From NCBI GenBank assembly GCA_963805085.1, contig CAWDTA010000002.1, positions 160,001-224,000 on the forward strand: 64,000 nucleotides of DNA. The letters run 5' to 3'. Made by a program: the position numbers and the translations under genes. Shown piece after piece: positions 47,925-58,169 of the stretch; the stretch's first letter is position 1, and every line of letters starts with the position of its first letter. The DNA is from an uncultured Veillonellaceae bacterium (lineage in GTDB: Bacteria; Bacillota; Negativicutes; JARBTT01). The notes under the pieces are model-generated. The model saw only the letters and a program-made list of their open reading frames with translations. It made no database searches and was not told the DNA's origin.

Positions 47925-49410
47925 TATCCAGCCGCGTCTTATTTTTAGTCAAGGTCGCTGGCCGATTAATCATTTTCCACCATGGACCTCTAAAAAAAGT
48001 ATCCTTAACTTCCTGATATTTAAGATTATCCATCGATGTCATTTGCGGTATTCCGAAGGAATGTAAATTTAACAGATGCGTCATTATGATAGAAATTCCT
48101 GCAATAAATCCTAATAATCCCAAGATAGATGATAATGCAATTAACAGTATACGAAGATAAGCAACGGTGGCATTCAATTTAGGTACCAACAAACCAGTAA
48201 TTGCCGTAATAGCAACTACAATAAGCATTGGCGCAGCCACAAGTTTCGCGGCTACTGCCGACTGACCAACAACAAGCGAACCGACAATACTTAGTGCTGG
48301 TCCAATACCTGTAGGCATTCGTATGCCAGTCTCTTTTAGAATATCGAATAAGATGAGCATGACAACCGCCTCCAATACAGCTGGCAATGGCACTCCTAAT
48401 CGTTCCCTTGCAATATTTGTCAAAAGTGTCGTCGGCAGTACTTCTTGATTAAAATCACCGATGACAAGGTAGAATGCAGGCACAGTAATACTCAAGATAA
48501 ATCCCATAATCCTTAGAAGTCTTTCAAATGAAGTGTAATAATAACTTAGGTAGTAATCTTCAGGACTCTGAAAATTTTCAATAAATAGATAAGGCAGTGT
48601 CAACACCACTGGCGAACCATCAACAAATAAAGCAATCCGTCCCTCCAACAATTTTCCGACAACGACATCCGGCCTTTCAGTATAGCCAGTCGCCCGAAAT
48701 GGTGACAGGTTCGAATCGCGAATAAGTTCTGTAATGTAATTGCTATCTAAAACACCATCAATATTAATCGTTTCAAGACGACGATAAAGTTCCGCAAGAA
48801 CTTTTTTATTTACAATACTGTCAATATAACAAATACAAGCTTGCGTATGAGTCCGTACACCAAAGCTTTTGAACTTTATTTTCAATTCATTGTTCCGCAA
48901 TCTGCGCCTGACCATCGAAAGATTGATCATCAAAGCTTCACAGAATCCTTCCTTTGGTCCACTAAGAATCTTTTCACCGGAAGGCTCACCTATTGCCCTT
49001 GTGTTGAATCCTTTGCTATTTAGAAGAAGCGCCTCTGATTCCCCTTCTATAAATAAAATCGTATCACCATAATTAACTGCTTCAATAATTTCTTGCCATT
49101 GATTTGTTTGTTTCACCTGATTAATAGAAATTACTTGATGAACAAGAATGTCTAGTTTCTGTTCCTCGCTAAAGGAAACTCTTGATAGCATCAACGGCTT
49201 TATAATATTTTCGTTTATGATTGCAGAATTAACAAGACCGTCAGCTTGGACAATACAATATTTCAATGCAGTATTATGACAATTGGTTATCCACCTTGTT
49301 CCGATTGTCGCGTCATCTACGAATATTTTTTTTAATTCGGCAAGATTTTCTTCTAATGATGAAGAAAGTACATCTGCTATTTTATTCTTTTCTAAACTTT
49401 TTTTCAGCAT
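47899..49410 (-). CDS. Spore germination receptor A subunit (copy 2)
   Basis: GPKEGF, TERPDVV..KLLEGR, DGSP, ETGIRMP; start moved to ATG at 49410. Confidence 0.95.
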   Translation of the reverse strand: MLKKSLEKNKIADVLSSSLEENLAELKKIFVDDATIGTRWITNCHNTALKYCIVQADGLVNSAIINENIIKPLMLSRVSFSEEQKLDILVHQVISINQVKQTNQWQEIIEAVNYGDTILFIEGESEALLLNSKGFNTRAIGEPSGEKILSGPKEGFCEALMINLSMVRRRLRNNELKIKFKSFGVRTHTQACICYIDSIVNKKVLAELYRRLETINIDGVLDSNYITELIRDSNLSPFRATGYTERPDVVVGKLLEGRIALFVDGSPVVLTLPYLFIENFQSPEDYYLSYYYTSFERLLRIMGFILSITVPAFYLVIGDFNQEVLPTTLLTNIARERLGVPLPAVLEAVVMLILFDILKETGIRMPTGIGPALSIVGSLVVGQSAVAAKLVAAPMLIVVAITAITGLLVPKLNATVAYLRILLIALSSILGLLGFIAGISIIMTHLLNLHSFGIPQMTSMDNLKYQEVKDTFFRGPWWKMINRPATLTKNKTRLDSDDRGDDD

Positions 49411-49463
49411 AAAAATCCTCCCCTTACGGAAATTCACTGCTCGATATCTTAGTCATAAGCATC

Positions 49464-50573
49464 TTATTGTTTTGATTCATCTACTGATGATTTTTTTCTT
49501 TTTTTACCTTTTTTCATTTCAGCGCCAATCCATACCAACACCGGAATAAGAATTTCAAATGGCAACGCATAGTATTGATAAACATCTATAAACTTCATCA
49601 TTTCCATAACACTGTTAAATTGAAATATGCTTACTAGTAAAATTAAAATACTGACAAAAAATACAGTTTTCAGATTACTTTTAATGTTAAACAATTTTTC
49701 AACACCCTTTACTGCCGCAAATACACAAATTGATATTTTGGCAATACCACCTAATATAAAATTATAAAATATTGACATTTCAATTCTCGAAAACAACTCG
49801 CCTATATTAATAATCCTTGCCGCTGTATAAGATGGAAAATATGATTTTCCCAGCATTGGAACACCCAAAATCATCAGATTACGTAAAGCTACAAACACTA
49901 AAACTACCCCACCAATGAAAATCCCGTACAAATAAATTCTATAAGGATTGTCACTTTTTTTAATGGAATCTGCTAATGTTAAAAAAAGTACTGTTTCGGC
50001 AAAGGGAAATGTAAATAATTTTAACGTTGCTGACCCCATAGTTGGAAAATCATGTGTCACCATCGGTAAAATATTGGAAAATGTTACTTGTTTAATAGAT
50101 AGAACTATCGTAAATAACACGACCGCTATCACCAACACTGTGGCAATCATCGACCATTTCCCCAAAGTTACTATCCCGCTAACAACCAAATAACCCGTAA
50201 CAACAAGTGTTGCTATCATCACAACAAGCTGTGGTGTTTCCTCTAATGCCACAATTTGAATAAATTCCGAAAAATTTCTAAGCACAAAGGCTGCCAGATG
50301 AATCGCATACCACGTCATCAATACAATGATAATTTTCCCGATTATTTTTCCAAATATAGCTTGGGCTATATCATAAAGATTCCTCTCGGGAAATAAACTT
50401 ATTATTCTAGCATACACAAGAGCAATCATGCTTCCAAACATAGAGGCCACAACTACTGCAATCCAAGAATCCTGCCCTGCCTCCGAATTCATCCCCATTA
50501 CAGCACTGCTCCCAAATAAAAACAATACAATCATACAAATAGCTTGCCCCATTGATATCATTTCTTTTTGCAT
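49464..50573 (-). CDS. Spore germination receptor B subunit (copy 1)
   Basis: QDSWIA, EETP, FPFAETV, FSRIE. Confidence 0.92.
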   Translation of the reverse strand: MQKEMISMGQAICMIVLFLFGSSAVMGMNSEAGQDSWIAVVVASMFGSMIALVYARIISLFPERNLYDIAQAIFGKIIGKIIIVLMTWYAIHLAAFVLRNFSEFIQIVALEETPQLVVMIATLVVTGYLVVSGIVTLGKWSMIATVLVIAVVLFTIVLSIKQVTFSNILPMVTHDFPTMGSATLKLFTFPFAETVLFLTLADSIKKSDNPYRIYLYGIFIGGVVLVFVALRNLMILGVPMLGKSYFPSYTAARIINIGELFSRIEMSIFYNFILGGIAKISICVFAAVKGVEKLFNIKSNLKTVFFVSILILLVSIFQFNSVMEMMKFIDVYQYYALPFEILIPVLVWIGAEMKKGKKRKKSSVDESKQ

Positions 50574-50615
50574 AACAATACCTCTTTCGTTTGTTGCTAC
50601 TTTACCTTGGCTTTA

Positions 50616-51782
50616 TCATTTAGCTAATGCCGTATTTATTATTACAAATTCTGGCTTTACTTCAACTTCCACATTTTTAAAATAATCATCCCAATTTTCT
50701 CTTAGCTGAGACCATAAAACTGGATTTTTTTTATTGATCATCGTCCCAAAGCCAAATATATCATAACCAAATTCTGTTTGTACTTTTTTGATTACTGCTT
50801 CCATCCGCTCTGCAAACACCGCACTTGTGCTCGTTCTGATCTTTTCTATATTGTCTTTTTTCGAAACATCTATATCTGTACCAACTTCACCAAGCGCTAC
50901 CGTAGTCTTAATATCTAAAGAAAATTTAAGACGATTTCCATCATAAATAAAAGATTTCTTCGTCTTATTTTTAAATATTTCAAACGTAAGGTTATCCTTA
51001 CTTACCTGATTTTTGTCGTTAAATGGAAAAGTTAAAATTCCTCCTTCAATTTCATTAACAGCAAAAAGGTAATATCGTGCTTCTTCTGGCGACAAATATC
51101 CTTGCAATTTATCTGCTTTGAAAATAGCAACTCCATTTACTTCTACTACTTTTTTGTCCTGATTACTGACGCAGTGAACGGCGGGCAAAACCAAAGCGCT
51201 CTCCTTCTCGCCTTGCAAAATATTAAGGATCTTATATGTGTCAATATTTTTTGTTGAAGCTGTCGTTCTGTTGTCGGCATCAAGAATTTTTTCTACCTCT
51301 TCCGAAACAATTTTATTATCAACACCACTTGCTGTGAGAATCTCTTTTGCTGTTTTTTCTTGAGAAATAACTGTTGAAAAGGTTTCACGTGGTTCCTCAT
51401 TTCTCATAAACCAATCTAGAAGGTATTGTATTCCTTCTTCTCTTGCAATTTGGTTGCTAATTACAACAAGCTGCATATCAGCAAAGTATAATTTTTTTGT
51501 TAATCTTTTTTTCGCATTCCTAACCGCATCATAAATTGTTGTCCCTTCCGCTTCAATGATTTGTGATTTATTTGAACTCTCCTTGCCCGATGTAGATAAA
51601 TCAAAAGTTTCTATCGTTAGCTGATAAGTATTACTATCCGGTTTTCGATCAATGGCCACACCTGAAACAATAGAAATTGTATTTAGCCCTTGATAATTCC
51701 AACAGCCGCTGAGCAACGTACATAAAGTAACGATGACTAGAATGCCAATCAACCTTTTAATCACAATCACCCCTATCGTCAC
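50616..51782 (-). CDS. Spore germination receptor C subunit lipoprotein (copy 1)
   Basis: Lipobox LLSGCWN, GVAID, DIFGFG. Confidence 0.93.
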   Translation of the reverse strand: MTIGVIVIKRLIGILVIVTLCTLLSGCWNYQGLNTISIVSGVAIDRKPDSNTYQLTIETFDLSTSGKESSNKSQIIEAEGTTIYDAVRNAKKRLTKKLYFADMQLVVISNQIAREEGIQYLLDWFMRNEEPRETFSTVISQEKTAKEILTASGVDNKIVSEEVEKILDADNRTTASTKNIDTYKILNILQGEKESALVLPAVHCVSNQDKKVVEVNGVAIFKADKLQGYLSPEEARYYLFAVNEIEGGILTFPFNDKNQVSKDNLTFEIFKNKTKKSFIYDGNRLKFSLDIKTTVALGEVGTDIDVSKKDNIEKIRTSTSAVFAERMEAVIKKVQTEFGYDIFGFGTMINKKNPVLWSQLRENWDDYFKNVEVEVKPEFVIINTALAK

Positions 51783-53310
51783 TATTCATACGTTTCTTAT
51801 TTTTACTCAAAATCGCTGGTCGATTGATCATCTTCCACCATGGACCTCTAATAAAAGTATCCTGAACCTCTTGATACTTAAGACTATCTATAGTCGTCAG
51901 TTGTGGGATTCCAAAAGAATGCAAATTTAACAGATGAATCAACAATCCGGCAAGCCCCAATACAAGACCTAATAAACCTAATGTCGCTGACAAGCCAAGT
52001 AATATCAGTCGAATATATATAACGGGGGCATTCAATTTTGGTACTAATAAACCGGAAATCGCCGTAGTTGCAATGATAACAACCATCGGTGCAGCTACAA
52101 GCTTAGCTTCCACTGCCGCCTGTCCAATAACAAGGGCCCCAACGATGCTGAGTGCTTGCCCGATACCAGAAGGCATTCGTATACCAGTCTCCTTTAAAAT
52201 ATCGAACATAATCAGCATAACAATAGCTTCCAGTCCAGCTGGCAATGGTACTCCTAAGCGTTCTCTAGCAACATTAATTAAAAGTGTTGTCGGCAGTATC
52301 TCATGATGAAAGGCAACAATGATAATAAAAATAGAAGGTACCGTAAGAGTTAAGAAAAAGCCAAGCATTCTCAGTAACCGTTCAAATGAAGTATAGTAGA
52401 AGCTTAGATAATAATCTTCATTACTCTGAAAATTTTCAATAAATAAATAAGGCAGTGTTAAAACAACTGGAGAACCATCCACCAATAAAGCGACACGCCC
52501 CTCTAAAAGTTTTGCAACAACAACGTCTGGTCTTTCGGTATATCCCGTTGCCCTAAACGGCGACAATTTTGAATCTCGAATACATTCTGAAATATAATTG
52601 CTATCTAATACCCCATCAATCTCAATCTTTTCAAGACGCCGTTCTAACTCAGCAAGCACTTTTTTATTTACAATAGTGTCGATATAACAAATACAGACTT
52701 GCGTATGCGTCCGAACACCAAGGCTTTGAAATTTTATTTTCAATTCATTGGTTCTTAGCCTGCGCTTAACCATTGATAGATTAATCATTAAAGCTTCACA
52801 AAAGCCTTCCCTTGGCCCGCTGAGAATTTTTTCCCCGGACGGTTCTTCTATTCCCCGTGTATTAAAACCTTTACTGTTTAGCAACAGCGCTTCTTTCTCA
52901 CCATCCACAAATAAAATAGTATCGCCATAAGTGACTGCTTCAATAATTTCTTGCCATTTATCCGTTTTTTTTATTTGATTAATTAAAAGTACTTGATGAA
53001 TTAAAGTATCTATTTGTTGCCCTTTATTAAGAAGTGCCTCTGATAACATCAATGGCTTTATAATATTTTCATTTATAATCATAGAATTAACCAATCCGTC
53101 ATTTTGGACAAGACAATAGTTGAGCACATTATTATGGCAATTGGTTATCCATCTTGTCCCTATGGTATCGTCATCAATGAATATACTTTTTAAATTCGTA
53201 ATATTTTTTTCCAAGGATGAAGAAAGGGCAGTATTTGTATTCACCTGATTCAAACTGTCAATACTATCATTCACAGCTTCTTTGTTTTTTTCCGAACTTT
53301 TTTTCAGCAT
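51757..53310 (-). CDS. Spore germination receptor A subunit (copy 1)
   Basis: GPREGF, TERPDVV, IGQALSIVGALVIGQAAVEA; start moved to ATG at 53310. Confidence 0.95.
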   Translation of the reverse strand: MLKKSSEKNKEAVNDSIDSLNQVNTNTALSSSLEKNITNLKSIFIDDDTIGTRWITNCHNNVLNYCLVQNDGLVNSMIINENIIKPLMLSEALLNKGQQIDTLIHQVLLINQIKKTDKWQEIIEAVTYGDTILFVDGEKEALLLNSKGFNTRGIEEPSGEKILSGPREGFCEALMINLSMVKRRLRTNELKIKFQSLGVRTHTQVCICYIDTIVNKKVLAELERRLEKIEIDGVLDSNYISECIRDSKLSPFRATGYTERPDVVVAKLLEGRVALLVDGSPVVLTLPYLFIENFQSNEDYYLSFYYTSFERLLRMLGFFLTLTVPSIFIIIVAFHHEILPTTLLINVARERLGVPLPAGLEAIVMLIMFDILKETGIRMPSGIGQALSIVGALVIGQAAVEAKLVAAPMVVIIATTAISGLLVPKLNAPVIYIRLILLGLSATLGLLGLVLGLAGLLIHLLNLHSFGIPQLTTIDSLKYQEVQDTFIRGPWWKMINRPAILSKNKKRMNSDDRGDCD

Positions 53311-53347
53311 AAAAATCCTCCCCATGACGGAAATTCATCTCTTGCTA

Positions 53348-53376
53348 TATTATTGGTCGTTTAAGCGTAAATATTC
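53348..53376 (-). promoter_or_regulatory. Sigma-G-like promoter of the ger operon
   Basis: GAATA-N17-AATAATA; ger operons are typically sigma-G dependent. Confidence 0.5.
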
Positions 53377-53450
53377 ATACTGAAACAGCACTGCTGTCAT
53401 TTCAGCTCATATCGGATTGCTAAGCGAATAAATCGCTTAATAAAATAAAA

Positions 53451-53496
53451 AAGATAAAGCAAAGAGTTTTTCAGGCTTTCTCTTTGCTTTATCTTT
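53451..53496 (-). terminator. Terminator after the ABC-2 permease genes
   Basis: AAGATAAAGCAAAGAG...CTCTTTGCTTTATCTT stem followed by a T-run on the minus strand. Confidence 0.7.
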
Positions 53497-53529
53497 ATAT
53501 GAGAATATATTGAATGCTTTTATTATCAC

Positions 53530-54681
53530 TTATACAGGTGCTTTCACTTGCTTAGCAACACGCATTTTTTGATAACGATAGATCGACAGACTAAGCATAA
53601 CTGCTCCATAGAAAAGAAGAATCATAATATCTTGATATAACTGTGGTGCTTTTCCCGATAACATGAGACTCCGTAAGTTATCAGCAAAGTAGGTAAATGG
53701 CAATAACTCTGCAATTTTTTGTACAAGAAACGGCATAGCCCGCAGTGGCCAAGTAAAACCAGAGACAATAAAAATCGGAACCGAACTGGCAATTGCCAAT
53801 CGATAAAAAACAAGTAAATTGGTAAAAAAAGAAATGATCAGACTGCTGAGTGCTGTCATTGCAAAAACAAAACTACTGCCAAGCAGTAATAAATCCAAAG
53901 CATTTCCCTGTGCTGGTAAATGGAAAATGGTAACTGCGATCGTTAAAAGTACGCCATAGGCACAAGTACCAGCTAGCCAGAACGGCAAAATCTTCCCAAG
54001 CACTACATGGAAGGGCTTACTTTTGATATATTGATCACTTTTATACTCAATCAGCATAGAAATTGCATTTGGAATAAATAACGACATCTGAAAGGAAGTC
54101 ATTAACAAACCATACAGAAAAAAAAGTTGATAATCTAGCGTTGGATTATGTAACAGCCTTGTTTTTAGCTCCACTGGTGAAATTTTATGGAGTGCCGCTT
54201 GTGGCAAGACTCCAGACTGGCTTTCTAATACTTTTACTGCAACTTGTTTGGAGAATCCCCCCAAAATCTCTTCTGCGGCAATCATCACAGTATTTGTGGC
54301 CATTAGATTGGTTCCGTCCACATCAATCAGCACCTGTGTTGGCAATCCCGTCTTCACATCGCGCGTGAACTTCTTTGGTATCCCAACGCCGACCATCGTT
54401 TTTTTCTTATACAAATATTCTTCTAATTCTTCCTGAGAATCTACATATGCAACCAAAGTAAAACGATCGGAATCTTCGAATCTTTGTGTAAGCTCACGAC
54501 TGAGGTACGTCTGACTTTCATCGCAAATAACCAACGGAATATGATCAATAGAATTTTGACTGAACAAATTTCCAAATAAAAGCATATAAAAAAGTGGAAT
54601 AACAAACATACTCAATAGCAACTTGGGGCGTTTGGCTATGATACTCTTAAATTCGCGACTTGCAATTTCCCACCAGTTCAT
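53530..54681 (-). CDS. ABC-2 type exporter permease (YbhR/YhhJ-like)
   Basis: IPLVICDESQTYLSR, SGFTWP, LPFTY. Confidence 0.9.
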   Translation of the reverse strand: MNWWEIASREFKSIIAKRPKLLLSMFVIPLFYMLLFGNLFSQNSIDHIPLVICDESQTYLSRELTQRFEDSDRFTLVAYVDSQEELEEYLYKKKTMVGVGIPKKFTRDVKTGLPTQVLIDVDGTNLMATNTVMIAAEEILGGFSKQVAVKVLESQSGVLPQAALHKISPVELKTRLLHNPTLDYQLFFLYGLLMTSFQMSLFIPNAISMLIEYKSDQYIKSKPFHVVLGKILPFWLAGTCAYGVLLTIAVTIFHLPAQGNALDLLLLGSSFVFAMTALSSLIISFFTNLLVFYRLAIASSVPIFIVSGFTWPLRAMPFLVQKIAELLPFTYFADNLRSLMLSGKAPQLYQDIMILLFYGAVMLSLSIYRYQKMRVAKQVKAPV

Positions 54682-55862
54682 GCTGAAACCTCCGCCTGTT
54701 TAGCTAAACCTATTTTTTTCACACGATGTTTGCAGATTCCAATTGTAATGAAGCATACAACGACCCCGCCACAACATAAAATAAAAACATTTTGTAGTAA
54801 TTCTCCTGCATAGCCAATAAGCAAAATATCGCGAATGGTATCGGCAGCATAATTGAGCGGTAAAAGGTGTGCATAAAGAGAAGCAAAACTGTTTTTTGCT
54901 ATATTGGGCCAGGAATATCCACTATAGAGAAACGCTGGCATAAAATAAATAAATTCTATGGGATGAAACGGCATAATTTCATTGGGGGCAAGCGCGGAAA
55001 AAAATAATCCCAGACTAGTAACCGTAAAGGTAAACGCAGCATAAATCAAAAGTAAATTTTCTAAACTCCCACGAAAAGGTACCTCAAACAAATACATATA
55101 ACAACCACAGGAGATAATAGCCGCGCCAAAAGCACACAACCAATACGCCATTAGCTTCCCAACCACAATACTGCCTGCAGAATAGCGACTCCATAACTCT
55201 TGATTCTTATATTCTCTTATGATGGCAAAACAAATAGACAAAATAATGCCGATTTGCAAACCATTTGCCGCCATCCCCGGCAACATAAATGGAGTATAAG
55301 AATCCGTAGGATTATACAAAATACGAATTCTTGTTGCAATTGGCGCAGTTGTATATAATGCCTGATTCGGGACTTGTCCGATTGCTTCAACTAATTTTTT
55401 TCCTACCCCGATATTATAAGTAGTAATAATCTCTTTGGCAAAATTCATCGCAGAATTGGGGTACATTAAATTTTTTGCATTAACCGATAATAAAACCTCT
55501 GTACCCACGCCACTTTTGATATGTTTGGCAAAATCAGCTGGGATACCAACAGCTACCATCGCTTGTTCACGATTTAAATAGTCTTCCATTTCTTCCTCTG
55601 AATCGACAACGCCAACAATATCAAATCGCTCCGAATCAGAAAAAGCAAGCAACAATGAACGACTAGCCACACTTTGATCTTGGTCATAAATGACCGTTGG
55701 CATCCCCTTTAACGCATCGGGGCTATAGACAAAACCAAACAGTAGGGTAAAGAACAGTGGAATACCAAAAATAAAATAACCAGCCTTCCCTTTACCGTCA
55801 TAGAAAATATAATGCAATTCCTTGCAGAAGTTAAAATAGAATTCTCTCATTTTTAGCATCAT
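54678..55862 (-). CDS. ABC-2 type exporter permease (YbhS-like)
   Basis: PTVIYDQDQS, LYNP...FMLPG, SGYSWP. Confidence 0.9.
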   Translation of the reverse strand: MMLKMREFYFNFCKELHYIFYDGKGKAGYFIFGIPLFFTLLFGFVYSPDALKGMPTVIYDQDQSVASRSLLLAFSDSERFDIVGVVDSEEEMEDYLNREQAMVAVGIPADFAKHIKSGVGTEVLLSVNAKNLMYPNSAMNFAKEIITTYNIGVGKKLVEAIGQVPNQALYTTAPIATRIRILYNPTDSYTPFMLPGMAANGLQIGIILSICFAIIREYKNQELWSRYSAGSIVVGKLMAYWLCAFGAAIISCGCYMYLFEVPFRGSLENLLLIYAAFTFTVTSLGLFFSALAPNEIMPFHPIEFIYFMPAFLYSGYSWPNIAKNSFASLYAHLLPLNYAADTIRDILLIGYAGELLQNVFILCCGGVVVCFITIGICKHRVKKIGLAKQAEVSA

Positions 55863-56869
55863 CCGATCAGTTTGAAGCGCATACCAGGACGAATTTTTTC
55901 AGAATCAACCTGTATCTTCACATTAAAGGTAATAATGTCTTGCTTATCGCGTTCATTGGTTGCGCGGTAAGTCGCATATTCTGCCTTCTTACTGATATCA
56001 ACAATATCGCCCTCTACTTTTAACTCTTTGTCTCGCCCTTCCAACTGGATATGACTACCAATTTGATATTTAGATAAATCAGTCTCAGCTACTTTGATGT
56101 TTACCCAATTATCTTTAGGATCTTGAATACTAACGAGCGGAATACCTGTAGAAATCATCGCACCGACTTCAACATATTTTGCCGTAATGATACCGTCAAA
56201 CGGTGCCCGAATTTCCGTTTCATCCAAACTTACTTGCGTTTGTTCTATTTCTGCTGACGACTGCGCAATTTTACTGCGCAGTACTTCTTCATTTTCACGA
56301 TTTGCTTTTCCTTGCAATAGATTTGCTTCTGCCGAACTCACACCAGCTTGCGCTTCTTCTCGCGCGGCCATCGCTACATTATATTTTGATCGATAACTTT
56401 CAAACGTTTGCTGCGATATTGCCCCACTATCTACCAACTTTGAAAATCTATTAAAATCAGATTCTGCTAAATCTAATTCAGATTGTGCCGTAGCCAATTT
56501 TGCTTTAGCTACAGACAATGCAGCCTGCAGTGTCTGATCTTGCAGCCCAGTATTCGTAGTTGCTTGGTTTAACTGGGCAGAAAGTGATTGCTCCCCTGCT
56601 TTAGCCTGATTGACTTCAGCAACAATTTCACGCTTATCCATACGGGCTAATATTTGTCCTTTTTTTACGGTATCGCCCTCTTTCACCAATAACTCTACAA
56701 CTCGCCCAGCGATTTTAGAATTAATATCTACCTCTCTTGCCTCTGTACGTCCCCATATTTCTGGCTCGGATTGTTTAAAACTACAACCATTTAACACTAT
56801 GCTAACAAGCATGATGCACAAAGCCACCACACTCTGAATATAACGATATTTTTTATACTGCTCAACCAC
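55859..56869 (-). CDS. HlyD family periplasmic adaptor (possible lipoprotein)
   Basis: SKIAGRV.ELLVKEGD.VKKGQ, helical hairpin, IRAPFDG; LNGC lipobox. Confidence 0.92.
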   Translation of the reverse strand: MVEQYKKYRYIQSVVALCIMLVSIVLNGCSFKQSEPEIWGRTEAREVDINSKIAGRVVELLVKEGDTVKKGQILARMDKREIVAEVNQAKAGEQSLSAQLNQATTNTGLQDQTLQAALSVAKAKLATAQSELDLAESDFNRFSKLVDSGAISQQTFESYRSKYNVAMAAREEAQAGVSSAEANLLQGKANRENEEVLRSKIAQSSAEIEQTQVSLDETEIRAPFDGIITAKYVEVGAMISTGIPLVSIQDPKDNWVNIKVAETDLSKYQIGSHIQLEGRDKELKVEGDIVDISKKAEYATYRATNERDKQDIITFNVKIQVDSEKIRPGMRFKLIG

Positions 56870-56962
56870 TCAATTTCCTCCTAAAACACTTTTCTTGTTT
56901 TTGACTCATTGCACTATTATAATAAAAAGTAAATCATATGTATAATACATAATAAAATAATG

Positions 56963-56985
56963 ATTCATACAATAAATGTATGAAT
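56963..56985. promoter_or_regulatory. LysR recognition box
   Basis: ATTCATAC-N7-GTATGAAT (ATAC-N7-GTAT, T-N11-A) in the divergent promoter region. Confidence 0.7.
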
Positions 56986-57009
56986 TATTATTTTATGGAG
57001 GAATGAGCT

Positions 57010-57906
57010 TTGATCAATTTTAAAAAATTACAATATTTTCTTACCGTAGCAGAAGAAGGGCAAATTACAAAAGCTGCAAAAAAGCTCTGTATTGCCCAGC
57101 CCCCTTTAACACATCAGTTAAAAACACTAGAAGAGGAACTCGGCGTACAATTGATCAAGAAAATCGGCCGCAATATCCAATTAACGGAAGCTGGTTATGC
57201 CCTACGCGATAGTGGCGAGCAAATACTGGAATTGGTGAATAAAGCACAAAAGGAGTTAAAAGAAATCGACCAAGGTGAAACGGGCACTTTAGCCATCGGC
57301 TCAGTAACTGCTTGGGGTGCAACGGTTTTACCTGACCAGATTTCTAATTACAGTCTAAAGTATCCTAAAATAAACTTTCGTATTTATGAGGGAGATAATC
57401 ATAAAATTATCAACCTCTTAAGTAACGGAGTAATCGAAGTCGGCATTGTCTTATTTCCTGTTGATACCGCGATTTATGAATCAATTCGTTTGCCAAGTGC
57501 TCCGATGGTCGCGGCAATGAATAAAAAATGGGATGATCACCCCGAAAATAGTACGATCAGCCTTAAAGACCTAATTGATAAACCGCTTATTCTTCACCGT
57601 CTAAGTGAACGAACTACCGCCTATTACCAAGAACAAAATTTAAAACCAAATATTATCTGCATACATAATGACATCCGTTCTATGTTGGCCTTGGCAAGTA
57701 CAGGCCTCGGCGTAACCATTGTGCCAAAATCAAGCGCTTCGCTAAAACAGGATAATACATTGATTTATAAAGAAATCACCGATCCTATATTGCCGTTATC
57801 TGTTACCATTATATGGAAACGTAATCGTTATTTGTCAATGATTGCCAAGAACTTTTTAGGAATGTTTACCGACGATTCAGCAGATCAATCCTTGATGCCG
57901 CTCTAA
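57010..57906 (+). CDS. LysR family transcriptional regulator
   Basis: LQYFLTVAEEGQITKAAKKLCIAQPPLTHQLKTLEEELG. Confidence 0.96.
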   Translation: MINFKKLQYFLTVAEEGQITKAAKKLCIAQPPLTHQLKTLEEELGVQLIKKIGRNIQLTEAGYALRDSGEQILELVNKAQKELKEIDQGETGTLAIGSVTAWGATVLPDQISNYSLKYPKINFRIYEGDNHKIINLLSNGVIEVGIVLFPVDTAIYESIRLPSAPMVAAMNKKWDDHPENSTISLKDLIDKPLILHRLSERTTAYYQEQNLKPNIICIHNDIRSMLALASTGLGVTIVPKSSASLKQDNTLIYKEITDPILPLSVTIIWKRNRYLSMIAKNFLGMFTDDSADQSLMPL

Positions 57907-57960
57907 CCTCTATGTTTATCGATGATCAAATTTCATTAAAAATTTTGACATGAATAGACA

Positions 57961-58050
57961 TCATGATACCCTAAATTTGTCTACTGCATGTTGCAGCTCG
58001 GCGGCCATTTTATTGAGTTCTTGACTAAAGGCCGCTATTTCTTCCATGGA
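57961..58050 (-). pseudogene. C-terminal remnant of a second methyl-accepting chemotaxis protein
   Basis: SMEEIAAFSQELNKMAAELQHAVDKFRVS* parallels the C-terminus of the adjacent MCP ([28 protein letters not shown]). Confidence 0.75.
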
Positions 58051-58067
58051 TTTACTCTCTGCATAAA

Positions 58068-58104
58068 AATGCCTCAATCCCTATTTTATAAGGATTGAGG
58101 CATT
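58068..58104 (-). terminator. Terminator after the MCP gene
   Basis: AATGCCTCAATCC...GGATTGAGGCATT stem followed by Ts on the minus strand. Confidence 0.7.
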
Positions 58105-58169
58105 AATTTATCTTACCAGTGATGTAGTTCTGCGCATCGGATAGAGTGGTGACATCCCCAGAAAGCCGC

